A stretch of DNA of 64,000 nucleotides from Acidobacteriota bacterium (GTDB lineage: Bacteria; Acidobacteriota; UBA6911; RPQK01; JAJDTT01). The position numbers and the translations under genes are program-made. The stretch covers positions 5,472,001-5,536,000 of the forward strand of contig OZ242374.1 in the NCBI GenBank assembly GCA_965209055.1, written 5' to 3'. Below the pieces are notes generated by a model. That model searched no databases. It was not told where the DNA came from and saw only the letters and a program-made list of their open reading frames with translations. Positions 58,968 to 64,000 of this stretch are shown piece after piece; positions within the stretch are counted from its first letter, which is position 1, and each line of letters opens with the position of its first letter.

Positions 58968-59747
58968 TCAGGATCGGAAAGTCTCCGTGAATTCCTTCCA
59001 GATCCGGGAATAACCTTGCTGCAGAATGATGATGGCCGCCCCGCAGACGAAGAAACGGGCTCCCTTCTCGTAGTAGGGCTTCGCCGCCTCCGGACTCGCC
59101 ACCGGAATGCCCCACCATTTGCCGTGACGGCGGCAGGCCTCGGCGACCCGGTCCACGGCCTGCAGGATGAGGGGGTGCCCTCCCTGGGTGGGGACGCCAT
59201 AGCTCTGGGTCAGATCGCCGGGCCCCACCATGACCCCGTCCAAACCCTCGACCGCCAGGATTTCATCGATGTCCTCGACTCCTTCCTTGTCTTCGATCTG
59301 GATCGAGACCAGGGTCTCCTCGTTGGCGGACGCCATATATTCGGGCATCGGCTCCATGCCGTAGTTGGAGGCGACCTCCACGCCGTCCATGCCCCGCTGT
59401 CCCAGGGGATGGAAGCGGCTGTTGCGAACCACGTCCCGGGCCTCCGCCGCCGAGCAGACGTGTGGAACCATGATGCCGTTCGCCCCCGCCTCGAGGCAGC
59501 GGAAATAACTCCAATAGGGACCCTTCCTCATGCGGACCAGCGGGTCCATCCCGGAGGCCCGGCAGGCCAGCCCCATGGCGAAGAGCTGGTCGTAGTCGTA
59601 GTCCTGATGCTCCATGTCGATCCAGACGCCGTCGAATCCGATGAGCCCGATCATTTCGATGAGCTTGGGCGAAGAATAGGGAGTGGGACAGGCCAGCATG
59701 ACCGCCTCACCCCGCCTCAGTTTGTGCAAAATTTCGTTCTTTCTCAT
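58968..59747 (-). CDS. HpcH/HpaI family aldolase
   Basis: GFDGVWIDMEH, MVPHV, HPLGQRG, QIED, VGPGDL; GAGGAGG SD. Confidence 0.9.
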   Translation of the reverse strand: MRKNEILHKLRRGEAVMLACPTPYSSPKLIEMIGLIGFDGVWIDMEHQDYDYDQLFAMGLACRASGMDPLVRMRKGPYWSYFRCLEAGANGIMVPHVCSAAEARDVVRNSRFHPLGQRGMDGVEVASNYGMEPMPEYMASANEETLVSIQIEDKEGVEDIDEILAVEGLDGVMVGPGDLTQSYGVPTQGGHPLILQAVDRVAEACRRHGKWWGIPVASPEAAKPYYEKGARFFVCGAAIIILQQGYSRIWKEFTETFRS

Positions 59748-59871
59748 GACCTCCTCTTGTCCTCCCTGACTCCGTAACGCCGCCGATGCCGACAAGCCTC
59801 GTAAGGTATCCTCTTGGCCGAATCGACTGCAACTTGCGAGTCGACGCAAAAACCGCTGACGAGGAGAAGAC

Positions 59872-60603
59872 ATGAACGAATCCAGTTCCTTGCCGCAGGA
59901 TGTCCTGGAGATGCTGAGGCAATTTGACACCCCGACCATCTGCAACGTGATCGAGCTCTTCGACGTGCGTCCCAGGACCTCCGGCTACATGGACCAGAGA
60001 ATCAAGGCCCACTTCCCCGAGATGCCCCCCATGGTGGGGTACGCGACCACCGCCACCTATCGTTCCTCGGCGCCGCCGCAGGGAGCGGACGTCTACGACG
60101 CCATGGAGAAACAACTCTCCGTTCTCAAGCAACGCCCCGGACCCCACGTCATCGTTTTTCAGGATCTGGACGATCCGTCGACGGCGGCCACCTTCGGCGA
60201 GGTGATGTGCACCTCCTACCAAACCTTCGGCGCGGTCGGGCTTGTGACCAGCGGGACCGGCCGCGACCTGGACCAGGTCCGGCAAATCGGTTTCCCCGTC
60301 TTCAGCAGCGGCACCAACTGCTCCCACGGCTATTGCCACACCCTCCACGTGGATGTCCCGGTGCACGTCGGCGGGCTCACCGTGCGGCCGGGCGATCTGC
60401 TCCACGGCGACGCCAACGGCGTGACGAACATACCCGGGGAAATCGCCGCGGAAGTGGCTCGTCTCTGCCCGGAATTCGTTGCGGCCGAAGAGGTGGTGCT
60501 GGACTGTCTTCGCACCCACGGGCCCGATCTGTCCAGACTCCAGGAGGCCCGGAGGGAGTGCCGGAGGCGCATCGCCCGGCTCGCCGAGCGGCTCACCGGC
60601 TGA
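59872..60603 (+). CDS. RraA / HMG-aldolase family protein
   Basis: DTPTICNVIE, MVGYATT, ATFGEVM, GRDL, VRPGDLLHGDANGV. Confidence 0.88.
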   Translation: MNESSSLPQDVLEMLRQFDTPTICNVIELFDVRPRTSGYMDQRIKAHFPEMPPMVGYATTATYRSSAPPQGADVYDAMEKQLSVLKQRPGPHVIVFQDLDDPSTAATFGEVMCTSYQTFGAVGLVTSGTGRDLDQVRQIGFPVFSSGTNCSHGYCHTLHVDVPVHVGGLTVRPGDLLHGDANGVTNIPGEIAAEVARLCPEFVAAEEVVLDCLRTHGPDLSRLQEARRECRRRIARLAERLTG

Positions 60604-60609
60604 GATTCT

Positions 60610-61479
60610 TCAGATTCGGACCAGAGACTCCGCCATTCCCCGCACCAGAAGCTCCATGGACCGGTAGTTCAAGGTCTCGGGAAGGTCCGAGGAACGGTGG
60701 TAGTGCCGATTCCGGAAGAAGGCGGTGTCGGTCACCATCAGGGCCGGATAGCCCTCCTGCCAGAAGGACCAGTTGTCCGAGAGGTCGACGCCGGGAACGA
60801 AGGGGAGGGCGATTTGCTCCACCGGCAGGTCCCCGCGGGCCGAGAGGAGACGGGACAGGCGCCGGACCAGATGCCGGGACGCGTAGTTTCCCGCCACGGC
60901 GATGAAGTTCCCCCGGTCGGGATAGAACCAGCGCATCAACGAAATGGGATGGCCCTGGGAACCGCGGGCATCGCTGTAGTAGCCCACCATCTCCAGCGAG
61001 ATCATGCCCCGGATCGAATCACCCCGCCGCCGGCAGCGCCGGGCGTAGACCCGGCTCCCCATGGATTCGGTCTTGAAATGGGGAGACTCCTCCAGCGTGA
61101 ACGCCACCCAACGGATCGAACCGGCGGCGGGTTCGTCCCTCAGGACCCGGGCCAGCTCCAGGAGAACCGCCACGCCGCTGGCGTTGTCGTCGGCGCCCGG
61201 GGAACCCAACGCCGTGTCGTAGTGGGCGCCGACCACCAGGACAGGATCGCTGGAGGACGCTCCGGGAACCGTGGCGACGACGTTTCGATACTCCTTTCCG
61301 CCGTATTCGTACTGGTCGTGGCCGATCCGGTATCCGGACTGCGTGAAGACTTCTTCGATGTACTCCCTGGCCCGCTCCAGGCGGCGGTAGCGGTGGGAAT
61401 TCCTCTCTCCCACGACTCCGGCCAGGAACCGGACGTGCCCTCTCAACCTGAATTGAAGCTCACCCGTCAGGTCCGGCAT
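60610..61479 (-). CDS. Peptidase M28 family protein
   Basis: VGAHYD, PGADDNASG, FTLEE, SLEMVGY, SDNWSF, YHRSSD. Confidence 0.9.
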   Translation of the reverse strand: MPDLTGELQFRLRGHVRFLAGVVGERNSHRYRRLERAREYIEEVFTQSGYRIGHDQYEYGGKEYRNVVATVPGASSSDPVLVVGAHYDTALGSPGADDNASGVAVLLELARVLRDEPAAGSIRWVAFTLEESPHFKTESMGSRVYARRCRRRGDSIRGMISLEMVGYYSDARGSQGHPISLMRWFYPDRGNFIAVAGNYASRHLVRRLSRLLSARGDLPVEQIALPFVPGVDLSDNWSFWQEGYPALMVTDTAFFRNRHYHRSSDLPETLNYRSMELLVRGMAESLVRI

Positions 61480-61568
61480 CCGGGATCCATTATAGAGAAC
61501 CCGGATCCGGCGGCTTGCCATCGGCGGCGCCGGGAGGTCAGAATGTCGCCGGCTGCACGGTAATCGAC

Positions 61569-62888
61569 ATGAAAGAATCAGAGACTCCCCGCCCCGTCCG
61601 ACTCATCATCTTGAATCCAGGTCACTTCCACGCGACCCTGGTGCTGAAGACCTCCTACCCCCAGGTGTCGCCGGAAGTGCACGTCTTTGCTCCCGATGGT
61701 CCGGAGGCTGTGGACCATGTCCAGAGAGTCGAGGGATTCAACCGTCGGAAGCAGGACCCGACCCGCTGGCGGCAGGAGGTCTACAAGGGACCCGACTACC
61801 TGGAACGCATGTTGAGACGCCGTCCGGGCAACGTGGTGGTGGTGGCGGGAAACAACCGGCGAAAGGCCCAGTACATCCACGAGAGCGTTCAATCGGGGCT
61901 CAACGTCCTCTCGGACAAACCCATGTGCGTCAGTCATGAGGCATGGAAGGTTCTGGAAACGGCCTTCTCGACAGCGGAAGAGAAGGGACTCCTGATCTAC
62001 GACATCATGACCGAGCGCTTCGAGATCACGACGATCCTGCAACGGGAACTCGCCCAATGTCCGCACGTCATCGGCGCGCCGGTCGGCGGAGACTCCCGGG
62101 ATCCGGGAATCGTCAAGGACAGCGTCCACCATCTCTTCAAGGAGGTCGCCGGACAGACTCTGATTCGCCCGGAGTGGTATTTCGACGTCGAACAGCAGGG
62201 CGAGGGGATCGTGGACGTGTCCACCCACCTGGTGGACCTGGTGTTCTGGCAGGGGTTCCCCGGCGAAGCGGTCGACCGTTCCCGGATCCAGGTGCTGGCG
62301 GCCCGCCATTGGCCCACGGTCCTGAGCCGGGAGCAATACGGACAGATCACGGGCAAGAAGGACTTTGCCCCCTTCCTGCGCAAGAACCTGGACCGGGACG
62401 GGCGCCTTGCCTATTTCTGCAATGGAGAGTTCCTTTTGCGGGTGGACGACCTTCACGCCAGGATCTCCGTGGCCTGGGACTTCGAGGCGCCCCCAGGAGG
62501 CGGCGACACCCACTTTTCGGTGATTCGCGGCACCCGGGCGCATCTCTGCATCCTCCAGGGGAAGGAGCAGGGATACCGGCCCGAGTTGACGATCCGGCCC
62601 GCGCCGGGAGCCGATGCCGGATTGCTGGAGCGGGGACTTCGGCGTTTTATCGAGGAAATCTCCGACCGGTATCCGGGCCTGGCCCTGGAACCATGGGAAT
62701 CGGGTTGGCAGGTGTCGATTCCCGACCGCTACCGTGTCGGACACGAGGCGCACTTCGGAGAAGTCACCAGCAAATACCTCGGTTTCCTGGAATCGGGTTC
62801 CATGCCCCAATGGGAGATCACCAACATGATCTCCAAGTACTACGTGACCACCCGGGCCCTGGAGATGGCCCGCGCGGATTCATCCTGA
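61569..62888 (+). CDS. Putative oxidoreductase (Gfo/Idh/MocA-like, with oxidoreductase C-terminal domain)
   Basis: NPGHFHA, AGNNRRK, NVLSDKPM, YDIMTERFE, QGEGIVDVSTHLVD, GGGDTH, GHEAHFG. Confidence 0.8.
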   Translation: MKESETPRPVRLIILNPGHFHATLVLKTSYPQVSPEVHVFAPDGPEAVDHVQRVEGFNRRKQDPTRWRQEVYKGPDYLERMLRRRPGNVVVVAGNNRRKAQYIHESVQSGLNVLSDKPMCVSHEAWKVLETAFSTAEEKGLLIYDIMTERFEITTILQRELAQCPHVIGAPVGGDSRDPGIVKDSVHHLFKEVAGQTLIRPEWYFDVEQQGEGIVDVSTHLVDLVFWQGFPGEAVDRSRIQVLAARHWPTVLSREQYGQITGKKDFAPFLRKNLDRDGRLAYFCNGEFLLRVDDLHARISVAWDFEAPPGGGDTHFSVIRGTRAHLCILQGKEQGYRPELTIRPAPGADAGLLERGLRRFIEEISDRYPGLALEPWESGWQVSIPDRYRVGHEAHFGEVTSKYLGFLESGSMPQWEITNMISKYYVTTRALEMARADSS

Positions 62889-62910
62889 TACCGATTCGCC
62901 CGGGAGCGAG

Positions 62911-64000
62911 TCATCCCCTGCGGTGGGTCGCAATCAGGTAGGCCGCCGCCCCCCAGACGGCCAGCACCACAACAACGCCTGCATTGGCCAAGCCGCGTTC
63001 GGCGGTCCAAAGAATCGAATATCCCAGGGCTCCCGGAAAGAGCGCGTAGTAGGCAAACGGAATCAGCGTCCTGCGCAACACCAGGCCCTCGCGGCCCACC
63101 AGCCCCACGACGGCCGAAGCCGCCACCACGTTGTGCACGCAGATCATGTTGCCGGCGGCGCCGCCGACGACCTGGAGCGCAACAACCCACGTGGGATCGA
63201 CGCCGACCCTCTCCCCGACCCCAAACTGGAACAAGGAGAACATCATGTTGCTCACCGTATTGCTGCCGGCCACGAACGCCCCCAGGCCCCCGATCAGCGG
63301 GGAGAAAAAGGGCCAGGCCGAGCCGGCCACGGCGGCCACACCGTCAGCCAGAACGATGGGCATCTTCTCCAAACCCGAGTCCCCGCCCCCGCTGTGGATG
63401 AAGACCTGGACCATGGGCACCGTGAAGACCAGAGCGGCGGACGCCGTCAGCATGGTCCGGGCGGATTTGCTCCAGGCCCTCCTGAAACGAGTCCATTCCA
63501 TGGAATGCAGAAAGAAGGTCAGGCAACAGACAAGAATGAAGATGGTCCCGGGAAGATAGAGCGGACGCACGGAGGCCGTGATATCGGTCCCGAAGAGTTC
63601 CGGCAGAGTGATGGTCCAGGAATTGACCCAGCCCAGAAACGGCAGTTCCCGGAGACGAGTCAAGACCAGAAGCACCGCCACCAGCAGATAAGGAAGCCAT
63701 GACCGCAGTGCACCCAATTCCACCCGGGCGCCTCCGGAGCCCCCGACCTGCACGGTGCCGGACCACTCCGCCGGCCAGCGCGTCCGGTCGTCGAACTCCC
63801 AGTATTCCTCCCGCGCGGGCATGAGAAAGCCCTTTTTGGCCGCCCCGGCGACCACGGCCAGTCCGAACAAGCCTCCGAACATGGAGGGGAATTCGGGCCC
63901 CAGCAGCCACGCCGCCAGCAGGTACGGGAGCGTCATGGCGAAAGCGGAGAAAAGGGCGAACTTCCAGACCTGGAGGCCTTCCCGGTAGGAACGATTCCGG
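62911..64000 (-). CDS. L-lactate permease, 5' end outside the window
   Basis: LGPEFPS, GAFVAGSNTVSNMMF, GGAAGNMICVHNVVAA; the frame stays open to the window end. Confidence 0.92.
   Translation of the reverse strand, partial: RNRSYREGLQVWKFALFSAFAMTLPYLLAAWLLGPEFPSMFGGLFGLAVVAGAAKKGFLMPAREEYWEFDDRTRWPAEWSGTVQVGGSGGARVELGALRSWLPYLLVAVLLVLTRLRELPFLGWVNSWTITLPELFGTDITASVRPLYLPGTIFILVCCLTFFLHSMEWTRFRRAWSKSARTMLTASAALVFTVPMVQVFIHSGGGDSGLEKMPIVLADGVAAVAGSAWPFFSPLIGGLGAFVAGSNTVSNMMFSLFQFGVGERVGVDPTWVVALQVVGGAAGNMICVHNVVAASAVVGLVGREGLVLRRTLIPFAYYALFPGALGYSILWTAERGLANAGVVVVLAVWGAAAYLIATHRRG

Overview
64 kb of GC-rich bacterial chromosome with about 57 densely packed protein genes. The HU protein and the housekeeping gene order suggest Acidobacteriota, which is an inference from recalled families and not a search result. 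The left and middle parts (1-34 kb) are mostly accessory catabolic genes: three Cys-type sulfatases (two are a tandem duplication), sialidase-like and GH-like beta-propeller proteins, Gfo/Idh/MocA oxidoreductases, DUF1080, a CE15-like esterase, a hydroxyacid-oxoacid transhydrogenase, msrP, maf, apaH, a single-chain purL, a Phd-VapC toxin-antitoxin pair and cysK with a YeiH-type transporter. At 33-39 kb a radical SAM/SPASM gene and two GT-C glycosyltransferases converge on a thioesterase-methyltransferase-Rid operon. The 39-58 kb region is a minus-strand housekeeping run (ppdK, ino1, glyS, glyQ, recO, mgtE, pssA, psd, ddl, phoH, rpsT, holA, lptE, leuS, dcd). It is followed by HU, a site-2 protease, two aldolases, an M28 peptidase, an oxidoreductase and a partial lactate permease. 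I found no rRNA, tRNA, CRISPR array, transposase, integrase or phage gene. The best leads are: (1) the duplicated sulfatase pair, in which one copy carries two substitutions at predicted active-site positions; (2) the rSAM plus two GT-C operon; (3) a Dcd homologue lacking the catalytic Glu; (4) a eukaryote-type PurL; (5) a shared motif upstream of two unrelated sulfatases. All product calls come from motif recognition by eye.
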